Made by a program: the position numbers and the translations under genes
The notes under the pieces: generated by a model
Databases searched by the model: none
What the model was told of the DNA's origin: nothing
What the model saw: the letters and a program-made list of their open reading frames with translations, nothing else
Assembly (NCBI GenBank): GCA_963798085.1
Contig: CAWCRS010000009.1
Span: 31,525-95,524 of the forward strand
Source of the DNA: an uncultured Gemmatimonadales bacterium
GTDB taxonomy: Bacteria; Gemmatimonadota; Gemmatimonadetes; Longimicrobiales; RSA9
Direction: 5' to 3'
DNA: 64,000 nt
In this document: positions 47,999 through 59,300 of the stretch, piece after piece
How positions within the stretch are numbered: the first letter of the stretch is position 1
How the letters are laid out: every line of letters starts with the position of its first letter

Positions 47999-50668
47999 CT
48001 AACGCAGGGTAAGGATGGGGTCGATGCGGAGGGCGCGGCGCGCGGGCAGCCAGGTGGCGGTGGCGGCCACCAGGAGCACGAGCAGGGCAACCGCGGCGAA
48101 CGTCGCTGCGTCCGTTGCGGACACGCCCCAGAGCAGGCCGGACAGGAGTCGCGTTCCGGCCAGAGCGATCACCAGCCCGATCAGCACGCCCAGCACGGCG
48201 AGCGAGAGACCCTGGCGCAGGACCAGGCGCAGCACGTCGCCTCGACTCGCACCGAGCGCCATGCGCACGCCCAGCTCACGAGCCCGCTGTGACACGGTGT
48301 AGCTGAGTACGCCGTGTACGCCGATCAGCGCCAGCAGCAGAGCCACCAGCGCGAATGCGCCCAGCAGCCGCATGGTCGAGCGTTCGCGCGCGATCGAGCG
48401 CAATACCGTGGCATCGAGCGTGGCAATGTCGAACACCGCCAGTTCGGGGTCCGTCGCGCGCACCGCGGCCAGCACCTGCGGCGCCAGGCTCAACGGGTCC
48501 GCCAATGTGTGCACCAGAATGCTCGCGGAGTTGAAGGGCGCCTGCGGCAGCGCCAGGTAAATGGCGGGCGGTGCACTGGCATCGAGGCCGTAGAAGTGCT
48601 CATTGCCCACCACACCCACGATTTCACGCGTTGCGCCCCAGAACGTCACGTGCTGACCCAGCGCCCGGCCATCCGGGAAGAAGCGACGTACGGCGGCCTG
48701 GTTCAGCAGCGCCACCTTCGGCGCCTGCGGCCCATCCCCTTCGCTCAGGTCGCGGCCGTCCAGCACCGGCACACGGAGCGTGCGCATGTAATTGGCTGTT
48801 ACGGCGCGCACGGCGATCTCGGGCTGGGTCGCGACTTCGGCTTCGCGGCCCGCAATCACGAAACTGTTCGTGAAACCCGCCGCCATTGGCGAATAGGCGG
48901 ACAATGCCGCCGATTGCGCGCCCGGCAGACGCGCCAGCCGTTCCAGCAGATCGGCGTAGAAGCGCTGCTGCCGCGGCCAGTTCGGGTGGATGCGATAGTC
49001 ACGCGGATAGCGTGAGTCCGGCAGCTGCACTTCCATGCGCAGCACGTGATCCGCGCGGAACCCCGGGTCCACGGCGCGCAACGCCGCCACCGTGCGCACC
49101 AGCAGCGCCGCGCCCATCACCAGGACCACCGACACGGCGACTTCGGCTACCACCAGCAGGCGGCGCGCGTGCTGCCTCGCCTGCCCCGGCAATGCGCCGC
49201 GATCCGATTCGGCCTTGAGGACCGCCTGCAGATTCAGGCGCCGGGCCTGCAGCGTGGGCAGCAGACCGAAGCCGATGCCCACGAGCGCCGAGACCAGCGC
49301 GGCCACCGCGAGCACACGCACATCAATGCTCACCAGGTCCGCGCGCGGCATGTCCGCGGGCAACAGGGCGACGAGCCCGCGCAGGCCGACCCCCGCCAGC
49401 ACCACACCCACCAGCGCGGAGGCCAGCGCCAGCACGAGTCCTTCCACGAGGAACTGCCGGGCCAGCCGGCCCCGGCCGGCGCCCAGGGTGGCGCGCACCG
49501 CCACTTCGCGGGCGCGCGCCACGCCCCTCGCCAGCAGCAGGTTCGCGACATTGGCACAGGCGATCAGCAGCAGCAGCCCGACACCGCCCAGCAGCACCAG
49601 CAGCGCCGGGCGGGAGCGCGCGAAGACCACGTCCAGCAGCGGCTCCACGAATACGCCGCGGCCGGCGTTGCTGCGCGCGTACTCCTGCTCCAGCCGGGCC
49701 GCCACGCCCGCCATGTCCGACTGCGCCGCCGCCAGTGCCACGCCGGGTCGCAGCCTCCCTAACACCGTGATGGGATGCGTGGCGCGCGGCAGCGACGAGG
49801 GCTGCAGCTGCGCCGGCTCCCAGATGCGCACGCCGGCATCCGGAAACTCGAGTTCCTGCGGCACCACGCCCACGATGACGCTGGCGCTGTCGTCCACCAG
49901 CAGCTCGGTGCCGATCACCGACCGTTCGCCGCCCAGGCGCTCGCGCCAGAACCGCTCCGCAACCAGCACCACGCGGGGCGCGCCCGGCAGGTCATCGGCG
50001 GCCGTGAGATCGCGGCCCAGCAGCGGCTGCACACCCAGCACCTGCAGCAGCGCGTGCGAGACGTCGGCCACGTGCACGCGCTCCGGATCACGACCGCGCT
50101 GCATCAGGTTGCGGTCCTGCGTGAGGAAGAAAGCCAGGTCCTGGAAGGAATGGCTGCGCTCGCGGAAGTCGTAATAGTCGGGCACTGACGACGGCTCACG
50201 CACCGTGCCCGAGACGCGATCGTTCTCCCAGACGATCACCAGACGCGAGGGATCGCGCCAGGGCAGGGGCCGCAACAACACACCATTAACAACGCTGAAG
50301 ATCGCGGCCGCGGCCGCCATGCCCAGACCCAGCGTCAGTACGGCCACCAGGGTGAAGCCGGGGGAGGCGCGCACCCGGCGCAGCGCGTAGCGCAGATCCT
50401 GGCGCAGCTCATCGGCTCGCAGCCGGCGGCGCCGCCGCCGCTCACGCTGTGCCGCCGCCGGCACCAGAGCGGCACGGGCCCGCGCCACGTCGCCGAACTC
50501 ACGCAGCGCCTCGGCCCTCGCCTCCGCGGGTGTCCGCCCGCCCGCCTCCAGCTCGCGCGCCCGCGACTCCAAATGGAAGCTCACTTCTTCGTCGACATCG
50601 CGGGCCGCGTTCTCGCGCGGCGGTCGTGGCAGCCGCAGCCAGCGCCTGAGTCCATCGAAAGCGGGCAT
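47999..50668 (-). CDS. ADOP/MacB-like duplicated ABC permease with permease-prefix domain
   Basis: DVDEEVSFHLE, QDLRYALR, LLIACANVANLLLAR, RELGVRMALGA, LPARRALRIDP. Confidence 0.95.
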   Translation of the reverse strand: MPAFDGLRRWLRLPRPPRENAARDVDEEVSFHLESRARELEAGGRTPAEARAEALREFGDVARARAALVPAAAQRERRRRRRLRADELRQDLRYALRRVRASPGFTLVAVLTLGLGMAAAAAIFSVVNGVLLRPLPWRDPSRLVIVWENDRVSGTVREPSSVPDYYDFRERSHSFQDLAFFLTQDRNLMQRGRDPERVHVADVSHALLQVLGVQPLLGRDLTAADDLPGAPRVVLVAERFWRERLGGERSVIGTELLVDDSASVIVGVVPQELEFPDAGVRIWEPAQLQPSSLPRATHPITVLGRLRPGVALAAAQSDMAGVAARLEQEYARSNAGRGVFVEPLLDVVFARSRPALLVLLGGVGLLLLIACANVANLLLARGVARAREVAVRATLGAGRGRLARQFLVEGLVLALASALVGVVLAGVGLRGLVALLPADMPRADLVSIDVRVLAVAALVSALVGIGFGLLPTLQARRLNLQAVLKAESDRGALPGQARQHARRLLVVAEVAVSVVLVMGAALLVRTVAALRAVDPGFRADHVLRMEVQLPDSRYPRDYRIHPNWPRQQRFYADLLERLARLPGAQSAALSAYSPMAAGFTNSFVIAGREAEVATQPEIAVRAVTANYMRTLRVPVLDGRDLSEGDGPQAPKVALLNQAAVRRFFPDGRALGQHVTFWGATREIVGVVGNEHFYGLDASAPPAIYLALPQAPFNSASILVHTLADPLSLAPQVLAAVRATDPELAVFDIATLDATVLRSIARERSTMRLLGAFALVALLLALIGVHGVLSYTVSQRARELGVRMALGASRGDVLRLVLRQGLSLAVLGVLIGLVIALAGTRLLSGLLWGVSATDAATFAAVALLVLLVAATATWLPARRALRIDPILTLR

Positions 50669-50841
50669 GGTTACTCCCCGTAGAGTCTTAGGGGAACAAC
50701 ATGCACTGCCGCACGCAGAGCGTCAAGAAGGGCGCGGCCGATCGCGGGACGAAGTGGCGGACTGCGGGTGCGCGCCTCCCCAATCGCGGGCCGACGGGCG
50801 GGCTACTAGAATGCGCCGCGTACCCCTGCAAAGGAGCGGGC

Positions 50842-51243
50842 ATGGCGGAAGGAACGCGATTGTGGCAGCCGGTGGCGCTGCCGCCGGGACAGCCGCAGCC
50901 GGTGGGCGCCTATTCGCCGGTCGTGCGGGCGGGCGATTTCCTGTTCGTGTCGGGGCAGGTGCCGCGCGATCCGGTATCGGGAGAGCTGCTGGGTGACAAT
51001 GTGGCGTCGCAGACACGCGCCGTGGTGCGCAATGTGGCGCGTGTGCTCGGGTACGCGGGTGCGACGCTGGACGACATCGTGTCGGTCAACGCGTATCTGG
51101 CGCGCATCGAGGACTGGGACACGTTCAACACGGTGTATCGTGAGGTCATGCATGCACCGTTTCCGGCGCGCACCACGGTGGCACCGGGGCTGCACAACTG
51201 TCTGGTGGAGCTGACCGTGATCGCCTACCGGCCGGCAACATGA
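50842..51243 (+). CDS. RidA/YjgF family protein
   Basis: GAYSP, FLFVSGQVP, FNTVY, PARTTV, LVEL. Confidence 0.92.
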   Translation: MAEGTRLWQPVALPPGQPQPVGAYSPVVRAGDFLFVSGQVPRDPVSGELLGDNVASQTRAVVRNVARVLGYAGATLDDIVSVNAYLARIEDWDTFNTVYREVMHAPFPARTTVAPGLHNCLVELTVIAYRPAT

Positions 51244-51614
51244 GCTACTTCTCGTTCGAGCATCGGCGCACGCCGCTGGCACCGCTGCCCGTGTTCCTGC
51301 GGCGGCTGGCAACCCATTTCATGCTGGCCACGACGGTGATCGGGGGCTCACTGCTGCTGGGGATGGTGGGCTACCATCTGCTGGAGCGCGAGGACTGGGT
51401 GCAATCGTTTCTGGATGCGTCCATGCTGCTGGGCGGGGAAGGTCCGCTGACATCGCCGCGCACGGAGAGTGGCAAGATCTTCGCCGGCGTGTACGCGCTC
51501 TATTCGGGGCTGGTGTTTCTGGCGTCCATCGGCATCGTCTTCGCGCCCCTGTTCCACCGTCTGCTGCACAAGCTGCACATCGAGGAAACCGAAGACACGC
51601 GCACGAACGACTGA
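51240..51614 (+). CDS. Small 2-TM protein, potassium-channel-domain-like
   Basis: GMVGYHLLE..DWVQSFLDASMLLGGEGP...GKIFAGVYALYSG. Confidence 0.7.
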   Translation: MSYFSFEHRRTPLAPLPVFLRRLATHFMLATTVIGGSLLLGMVGYHLLEREDWVQSFLDASMLLGGEGPLTSPRTESGKIFAGVYALYSGLVFLASIGIVFAPLFHRLLHKLHIEETEDTRTND

Positions 51615-51740
51615 GTCGCGCGCGGGATCAGCGGTGGCCGGGGGTGGCGGGACGTGCCCCGGCTGGCGGCGATTGCGGGTCCTGCGAGCATGGCGAGCGG
51701 CTCGCGCCACGCCCGCGCACGGACACGGTGTGGGGGCTGG

Positions 51741-53075
51741 CTACACAATGCCGTAGGCCAGCATGGCCTCCGCGACCTTGACGAAGCCCGCAATGTTGGC
51801 GCCGGCGACGTAATTCACCCAGCCGTTCTGCGTGCCGTGCGCAACACACTGTTCGTGGATCTTGTGCATGATGTCCTGCAGGCGGTGGTCCACGTCCTCG
51901 CGGGTCCATGACTGGCGCATCGAGTTCTGCGCCATTTCCAGGCCGGAAATGGCGACGCCGCCGGCATTGGCGGCCTTGCCCGGGCCGTAGAGGATGTGTG
52001 CATCCTCGAACAGGTGCGCTGCTTCCGTAGTAGCAGGCATGTTAGCACCCTCGGCCACGAGCTGGCAGCCATTGGCGAGCAGCGTACGAGCATCGTCGCC
52101 ATCGATCTCGTTCTGGGTCGCACAGGGAAACGCGGCCTGACAGGGCACGCTCCAGGGCTTCTGGCTCCTGCGGAAGTCGACGCCGCCCCATTTGCCGAGG
52201 GCATCGAGATTGCCGCCGCGATGCGTCTTGAGGTCGATGATGTCGTCCAGCTGACCGCGCGTCAGGCCATCCTTGAAGTGCAGGAAACCACCGCGGTCCG
52301 ACATGGTGAGCACGCGCGCGTCCAGGTCGAGCAGTTTTTCCGCGGCGTACTGCGCGACGTTGCCGGAGCCGGAGACCACGCAGGGCATGCCGGCAAGGTC
52401 CTGCTTGCGCGCTCCCAGCATCTCGCGGGCGAAATAGACACAACCGTAACCGGTCGCTTCCGTGCGGATGAGACTGCCGCCGAAGGCGACGGACTTGCCG
52501 GTCAGCGCGCCCGTGAACTGATTCTCCAGTCGCTTGTACTGACCGAACAGGTAGCCGATCTCGCGCCCGCCTACGCCAATGTCACCCGCCGGCACGTCCA
52601 CGTCCGGGCCGATGTGCCGGTGCAGCTCGGTCATGAACGCCTGGCAGAAACGCATGGTCTCGTGCTCGGACTTGCCCTTGGGATGGAAGTCGCTGCCGCC
52701 CTTTGCGCCCCCCATGGGCAGCGTGGTCAGGCTGTTCTTGAACACCTGCTCGAACGCGAGAAACTTGAGCACACCGAGCGTCACGGAATCATCGAAGCGC
52801 AGTCCACCCTTGTACGGTCCGATGGCATTGCTCTGCTGCACGCGGAAGCCGCGGTTCACGCGCACCTGCCCCGCGTCATCCTCCCAGGTCACACGGAAGA
52901 TGAGGATCCGGTCGGGCTCACAGAGCCTTTCCAGGATTCTGTTTTCCTCGTACTGGGGGTTTTCATTGATGAAAGGGACCAGCTTGGCGGCGACATCGTG
53001 GACGGCCTGGTGGAACTCGTTCTGTCCCGGATTTCGGTCCACCACCCATTTCATGAACGTGTCGAGTTCGATCAT
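51741..53075 (-). CDS. gdhA: NADP-specific glutamate dehydrogenase
   Basis: EFHQAV, GPYKGGLRF, GGAKGGSDF, DVPAGDIGVG, EATGYG, SGSGNVAQY, EGANMP. Confidence 0.97.
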   Translation of the reverse strand: MIELDTFMKWVVDRNPGQNEFHQAVHDVAAKLVPFINENPQYEENRILERLCEPDRILIFRVTWEDDAGQVRVNRGFRVQQSNAIGPYKGGLRFDDSVTLGVLKFLAFEQVFKNSLTTLPMGGAKGGSDFHPKGKSEHETMRFCQAFMTELHRHIGPDVDVPAGDIGVGGREIGYLFGQYKRLENQFTGALTGKSVAFGGSLIRTEATGYGCVYFAREMLGARKQDLAGMPCVVSGSGNVAQYAAEKLLDLDARVLTMSDRGGFLHFKDGLTRGQLDDIIDLKTHRGGNLDALGKWGGVDFRRSQKPWSVPCQAAFPCATQNEIDGDDARTLLANGCQLVAEGANMPATTEAAHLFEDAHILYGPGKAANAGGVAISGLEMAQNSMRQSWTREDVDHRLQDIMHKIHEQCVAHGTQNGWVNYVAGANIAGFVKVAEAMLAYGIV

Positions 53076-53225
53076 AACGCGCCATCTGCGGGGAATCCCT
53101 GACAGCAGCTGCTGGCCGGACAGGATGAGCCTTCGCTCGCGCCACGGCAATGGTACGATCCACTGGACAGGCGTCGGGATTCGCCCGATGTTCGGGACGT
53201 AATGAGCGGTTTTCCTTCCGGGACG

Positions 53226-56200
53226 ATGCTTTCCCCGCTGCTCGAAGCACTGGCGCGCGAGGCTGCGCAGCCCATCGGACGCAAAGTCCTCGTGGGCCCT
53301 CGCCGCGGTGTGTGCCGCGAGCTGCTGCGCCAGCTCGCTCTGGCCACGGGCGGCTGGGTGGGCTTCGAGCCCGCCACGCCGCGCGACATCGCGGGCGAGC
53401 TGGTGGCGCACGAGCTGACCCGCCAGGGTCTGCGCGTCGCCGACGAGTTCGACGAGCTGGCGCTGATCGACACGGCCATCGATGAGGCGATGGCTGAACG
53501 CGGCGGCGAGGTGCTGCGCCGCTTCGTCGAAGGGGCGGGCCTGCGCGAAGCCATGGCCGCGTCCATGCGCGCGCTGCGTCTGGCTGGCGTGGATGCGCCC
53601 GTGCTGCTGCGCGCCGGTTTCCGCGACCGCGACAAGCGCGCGGCTCTGAGCCGCGTGCTCGATCGCTACGAGCGGCTGCTGCGGCGCGAGCGCACGACCG
53701 ACAATGCGGGTGTGCTGCGCCTCGCGGTCAGTGCCATCGAGGCGGGCGCGGTCACGCTGCCTGAAGTGCGTTACAGCATCCTCCCGGGACAGACCCGGCG
53801 AGGGCTGACCGGTCGCCTGCTGGAGCTGCTGCTCGAGCGCGGCGCCATGCTGCTGCACGACGATGCGGTGCACGGTCTCGAGCCACCACCGGCATTGCTC
53901 GCTGCCGGCGCTGCCACCGCGTCGAGTCCGCTCTCCTGGCTGCACGCAGTCGAAGCCGCGCCCGCCGAGCCCGAAGTGCCCGTGCGGCTCGAGCTCTTCG
54001 CGGCCGGCTCCGTGAACGATGAAGTCCGTGAGGTGCTGCGTCGTGTCGTCGGTCTCGGGTTGAGCTGGGACGAGGCGGAGATCGTCGCGAGTGATCCGAT
54101 GACGTACGGCGCGGCACTCGATGCGCTCGCGCGGCGGCTGGAAATCCCGGTGAGCTACGCGGCGGGTCTGCCCATTGGCCGGACGCGCACGGGTCGCGCG
54201 CTGGATGCGTACCTGCGGTGGGTACGCGACGATTTTCCGGAAGCTCTGCTGCGCACGCTGATCGCGCGCGGCGATGTCAGGGCGCCCGGCGGCAGCAGTG
54301 GCGCACTGCTGGCGAGGCGGCTGCAGCGCATGCTGATCGGCCGGGGCCGCGAGCGCTACCTGTCGGCGCTGGCGCGGGCGGAACGCCGCGCCGGCCTGCA
54401 CGTGCTGCCCGATGTCGAGCGCACGCCGGAGGAGGCGGCCAGCGTACGCGCGCAGGAACAGCTGGCGCTGGCCGACCTGGGTGCCATCCTGCGCACGCTG
54501 TTCGCGGCGCTGCCGCCGGCGGCAGCGGGCCCGTCTAACACGCCTGTTATGGCGCCATCCGCCCTGGCGCGCGGCGCGCTGGCGTTTCTCGCGCTGGTGC
54601 CGGCCGAGACCGGCGTGGAAGCAACGGCGCGCGAGCGCCTGACCCGGCGTCTCACCCGGCTGGCGGACACGGCGCACCGCGCCACCACGCTGGAGGGCGC
54701 CATTGCCGTCATTGTCGCCAAGCTGGATGCACGCGTGCCGGCGCCCGCCGCGCAGGGCGCATCGCCCTGGACCTCGACGGGTGGCCGGCTGCACCTCTCG
54801 GACATCGACCACGGCGGCTGTACGGGCCGCGCGGCCACGTTCGTCGTGGGCCTGGACGCGTTGCGCTTCCCGGGCACGTCCACACACGACACGCTGCTCA
54901 ACGACGAGGACCGCCGCCGTCTGGCGGAGCACCTGCCGTTCGCGCCCGTGCCCACGACCGGCGAGCGCGCCACGGAGCGCCGCCACGGCCTGGCGCGGCT
55001 GCTGGCCCGGCTGCGCGGCCGTGTAACACTGAGTTATGCGGCCTGGGAAGCGACCGAGGCGAGGACCGTGGCGCCCTCGCCCGAGCTGCTGCAGGCACTG
55101 CGACTGCAGCTGCGCGATCCGGCTGCGGACTACGAGAAACTGCACACCACGCTGGGTCGCTACGCCTCCGCGATTCCGCGGGGCGAGGGTCGCCTGGACG
55201 AGGCCGATGTGTGGCTGGGCAACCTGGAGCGCGGCGGCCTGCTGGTGGCGGGCACGGACATCGTCCGCCTCGCCTACCCCGGCCTGGACCGCGGGCTCAC
55301 CGCACGCGATGCGCGCGCGGCCGGCGAATTCACCGCGTGGCACGGCCGCATCACGCCTCGGCCGCAACTCGATCCGAGGGCGCACCCCGAGCTGGTCGTT
55401 TCCGCGCACCAACTGGAAACACTGGGGACCTGTCCGCACCGCTACTTGCTGGAGTACGTGCTGCGCGCAGCGCCGCCTCAGGAAGCGGATTTCATGCCGG
55501 ACCGCTGGCTGACAGCAGCTTATCGCGGAAGACTGCTGCACGCGGTCTATCGCCTGGTGCTGCAGCGGGCGCGTGCACGGCAGTGCGCACCGGAAGATGC
55601 CGCGTTCGAGACGCTCGCGCTGCTGGCGCTTGAGGAAGTCGTGGCCGAAGCCCGCGAGGACCGGCTGCCGCCGGGTGAGGCCGTTTTCGAGATGGAACTC
55701 GAAGAGCTGCGCCAGGAGATGCGCCTGTTCGTGCAGATGACGCGGGAACACGGTGCGCCCTGGGTAGAGCTGGAGATGAACTTTGGCCGGGCGAAGCAGC
55801 CAGCGGTCAATGTCGAGTTGATGAACCAGAGCATTAGCGTGACCGGAAGGGTCGACCGCATTGATCGCGAGGCCGACGGCCGGCTCGTGGTCATCGACTA
55901 CAAGACCGGCAGTCCTGATGGCTTCGGCGGTCCCGACACCGTGTTCCAGGGCGGACGCCGCCTGCAGCACGCGCTCTACATGGCTGTGGCTCGCCGTGTG
56001 TTAGGCGCTGACGTAGCGCGCTCGGAGTACCATTTCCCCACCAACCGCGGCGAGATCCAGCGACTGGCCTACGAGGAAAAGCAGTTGCGCCGGGGACGCA
56101 TTGTGGTCACGGCACTCCTCGACATGGTGCGTGCCGGCCACTTCTTTCCCACCGACGAACCGGAGGACTGCCGCTACTGCGCGTTCGCCCCGGTGTGCCG

Positions 56201-56312
56201 CGTGCGCCAGGGTTCGCGCATCGATTCGCCCATGGCGGAGTGGTCGCAGCGCTGGCGGGCGTGGCTGCCCGAGCTGTACGCGTTGCGTCAGCTGCGGGAG
56301 AAGGCGCCATGA
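53226..56312 (+). CDS. addB: AddB-like subunit: degenerate helicase plus PD-(D/E)XK nuclease with Fe-S cysteines
   Basis: TCPHRY, RGRLLH, GRVDRID, IDYKTG, Q..LY, CRYCAFAPVC. Confidence 0.8.
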   Translation: MLSPLLEALAREAAQPIGRKVLVGPRRGVCRELLRQLALATGGWVGFEPATPRDIAGELVAHELTRQGLRVADEFDELALIDTAIDEAMAERGGEVLRRFVEGAGLREAMAASMRALRLAGVDAPVLLRAGFRDRDKRAALSRVLDRYERLLRRERTTDNAGVLRLAVSAIEAGAVTLPEVRYSILPGQTRRGLTGRLLELLLERGAMLLHDDAVHGLEPPPALLAAGAATASSPLSWLHAVEAAPAEPEVPVRLELFAAGSVNDEVREVLRRVVGLGLSWDEAEIVASDPMTYGAALDALARRLEIPVSYAAGLPIGRTRTGRALDAYLRWVRDDFPEALLRTLIARGDVRAPGGSSGALLARRLQRMLIGRGRERYLSALARAERRAGLHVLPDVERTPEEAASVRAQEQLALADLGAILRTLFAALPPAAAGPSNTPVMAPSALARGALAFLALVPAETGVEATARERLTRRLTRLADTAHRATTLEGAIAVIVAKLDARVPAPAAQGASPWTSTGGRLHLSDIDHGGCTGRAATFVVGLDALRFPGTSTHDTLLNDEDRRRLAEHLPFAPVPTTGERATERRHGLARLLARLRGRVTLSYAAWEATEARTVAPSPELLQALRLQLRDPAADYEKLHTTLGRYASAIPRGEGRLDEADVWLGNLERGGLLVAGTDIVRLAYPGLDRGLTARDARAAGEFTAWHGRITPRPQLDPRAHPELVVSAHQLETLGTCPHRYLLEYVLRAAPPQEADFMPDRWLTAAYRGRLLHAVYRLVLQRARARQCAPEDAAFETLALLALEEVVAEAREDRLPPGEAVFEMELEELRQEMRLFVQMTREHGAPWVELEMNFGRAKQPAVNVELMNQSISVTGRVDRIDREADGRLVVIDYKTGSPDGFGGPDTVFQGGRRLQHALYMAVARRVLGADVARSEYHFPTNRGEIQRLAYEEKQLRRGRIVVTALLDMVRAGHFFPTDEPEDCRYCAFAPVCRVRQGSRIDSPMAEWSQRWRAWLPELYALRQLREKAP

Positions 56313-59300
56313 GCGGGCCGCCCGATAACACGCAATTCGACCTGTTCCGGGGCGTGCTGCGTGCCCCGGAGCCGGCAACGGCGCAGGCGACGGCGCCCGT
56401 CCCGTCACCGGCGGGGGCTGAAGCGGAGCGTCTGCTGCCGGATGCGGCGGAACGCCGGCGCATCGCGCAGGACCTGCGCGCCAACCTGCTGGTGGAGGCG
56501 GGCGCCGGCGCCGGCAAGACCACGCAGATGGTGGAGCGCATGGTGGCACTCGTGCGCTCGGGCGTACGCGTCGACCGTATCGCCGCAGTCACCTTCACGC
56601 GCAAGGCGGCCGCGGAGCTGCGCGAGCGCTTCCAGACCGGGCTGGAGATGGCGCTGCGCGCCGCGCATCCGACTAACGCGCCATTGGCAGTTGCCTTACA
56701 CGCTCGAGCCACCGCGGGTGCGGGCGGGGCGGACGGGCCGGTGCGTGACGTCGCTGGAGAGGGCGAGGAAGGCGCTCCGGTGCGTGACGCGACCGACGTC
56801 GCGTACACGCTGGACAGAGCCTTGCGCGAAATCGATCGCGCATTCATTGGCACGATTCACTCCTTCTGCGCCCGGCTGCTGCGCGAGCGGCCGCTGGAGG
56901 CGGGGGTCGATCCTGATTTCCGCGAGACGTTCACCGTCGAGCAGGAGCGGTTGAAACACGAGTATTTCGCCACGCACGTGGAACGGCTGGCCGCGGCAGG
57001 CGACGAACTGCTCGCCGATCTGGCGCGCGTGGGACTGCGGCCGGATCAGCTGCGCAAGCTGTTCGACCAGCTCACCGAGCACGCGGACGTGACGTTCGCC
57101 GCGCCGGAAGCGCCGCGACCGGATCCGGCGGCAGCGCGTCGCCTGCTCTCCGAGTTGCTCGATGAAGCCCTGACACTGCTGCCTGACAGACAGCCCGAGC
57201 GCGGCTGGGATGAACTGCAGTCCACGATCCGCAGGCTGCGCTTCTATCGCAATGTCGTGGGCTGGAACGACGACGTGCGCTTCCTGCACGGGCTGGCGGA
57301 GACGCTGGCGTCAGCGCCGCGGCCCGTGTTCCGGCGCTGGGGTGCGCAGTCCCAGCGTGATGTGCGGCGGGTGTCACAGCAGCTGCGCGACTACGCGGGG
57401 CCGCAGGGCGAGGGCGGTCGTGTGCTGCGCCAGTGGTGGGCGCACCGCTATCCCATCGCACTCCGGTTCGCGCGCGGCGCGGCGCAGGCGTTCGAGCATG
57501 AGCGCCTGCGAACTGGCGCGTTAGCGTTCCAGGATCTGCTGCTGAGCACACGCAAACTGCTGCGTGACAGCCCCAATGCACGCATCGAGCTGGGCGAGCG
57601 CTACCGGCACGTGCTGGTGGATGAGTTCCAGGACACGGACCCGGTGCAGGCCGAGGTGCTCTTCCTGCTGGCTTCGCCGCCGGACAGCGGTCCGGCCGGT
57701 GACTGGCGCCTGGCCGTGCCGCGCGAGGGCGCGCTCTTCGTGGTGGGCGATCCCAAACAGAGCATTTACAGGTTCCGCCGCGCCGACATCACGACGTACA
57801 ACCAGGTGAAGCGACGTTTCCAGGAGTTCGGCGGCGTGGTGAAGCTGACGGCGAATTTCCGCTCGCGGCCCGCCATCGAGAAACTGGTGGACAGCGTGTT
57901 CCGGCAGCGCTTCCCGGCCGAGGCGACGGCGGAGCAGGCCGCGTTCGCGCCACTGCAGGTGCAGAAGCGCGAGCAGCCCGGTCGCGTGTTTTCCTATCGC
58001 CTGGTCAAGACGTCGGACCGGCCTCGCCAGGACGAGCTGGCGGCACAGGATGCGGCGCGCGTGGGCAGCTGGATCGAAACGCGCATCCGCTCGGGCGAGC
58101 GACGGCCCGGCGATTTCCTCGTGCTGACGCGCCTCAAGAAACACCTCATTGCGTACGCGCGCGAAATCGAGGCGAGGAACCTTCCCGTGCAGGTGACGGG
58201 TGGCGGCGTGGGCATCGAGGAGGAAGTCGCCGAGCTGCGCATGCTGCTTTCGGCGCTGGCGGATCCGGGCAATCCCATGCGCCTGGTGGCGGTGCTCACG
58301 GGGCTCTTCTTCGGTCTCGACTTCGAACAGCTCGCGGCGCACGTGCTGGACCGCGCGGGCCGGCTCGATTTCACGGACCTGCCGTCCTCGCCCGCAACCG
58401 AAGTCGAGCACGCGCTCGCCGCGCTGCATGCGTACTGGCGGCTGGCGAAGGAAGAGCCTGCCGACATCGTGGTCGCGACCATCGTGTACGAAATGGGACT
58501 CCTGCCGTACGCCGCGGCCGGCGAGCTGGGCGAGAGCCGCGCGGGCGCACTGCTCTTCGTGCTGGAAGCGGTGCGCGTGGCCGCGCTGGGTGGCGACGCT
58601 TCGCTCGAGGGCGCAATCATTGCCATTGATGCGGCGCTGGATGCGCGCGAAGCAGAAGCGCCGCTCGAGCCGGGCCGCGACGACGTGATTCGCGTGATGA
58701 ACCTGCACCAGGCGAAGGGACTCGAGAGTGACATCGTGCTGCTGGTCTCGCCGTTCGGCGAGCGCGAGCCGGTGCCCGCACTGCACGTGCGCCGCCAGGA
58801 GTCCGGCAGTGCCGAGGGCTGGATCCTCGTGACGGAAAGCCGCCGGCGCTGGAACGACACCGTGCTGGCGAGACCCGCGGACTGGGACGAGCACGAGAGT
58901 GCGGAACTCGCGTTCGGGCGGGCGGAGGCGGATCGCCTGCTCTACGTCGCGGCGACGCGCGCGCGCGAAGAACTGGGTGTGGCGCGCTACGACGAGCCCG
59001 TACAATCGCCCTGGTCCCTCTTCTACGGGTTCCTGGACACGGAGTTCGAACAGCTCGACTTCACCATCGAGCCGCAGCCGCCGCGTGCCCGCCTCGAAGC
59101 GAGCGCGGAAGACGTGACGTCGCAGGTCGCACGCACTGATGAACGACGCAAGGCGCTCGCCACCCCCGGCTACCGCGCGGCGGCAGTGCGCACGCGCGTG
59201 AAGGGTGATGCCGCGGCTGCGCCGGAGGCGATTGTACTGCGGCCCATCAATGCGGATGACGACGGCATGGCGTGGGGCAAGCTCGTGCACGGCGCCCTGG

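Noticed and set aside
53076-55970. 1409-aa N-terminally extended GdhA
   Set aside because: The extension is the antisense shadow of addB; GdhA homology starts at MIELDT (53075).
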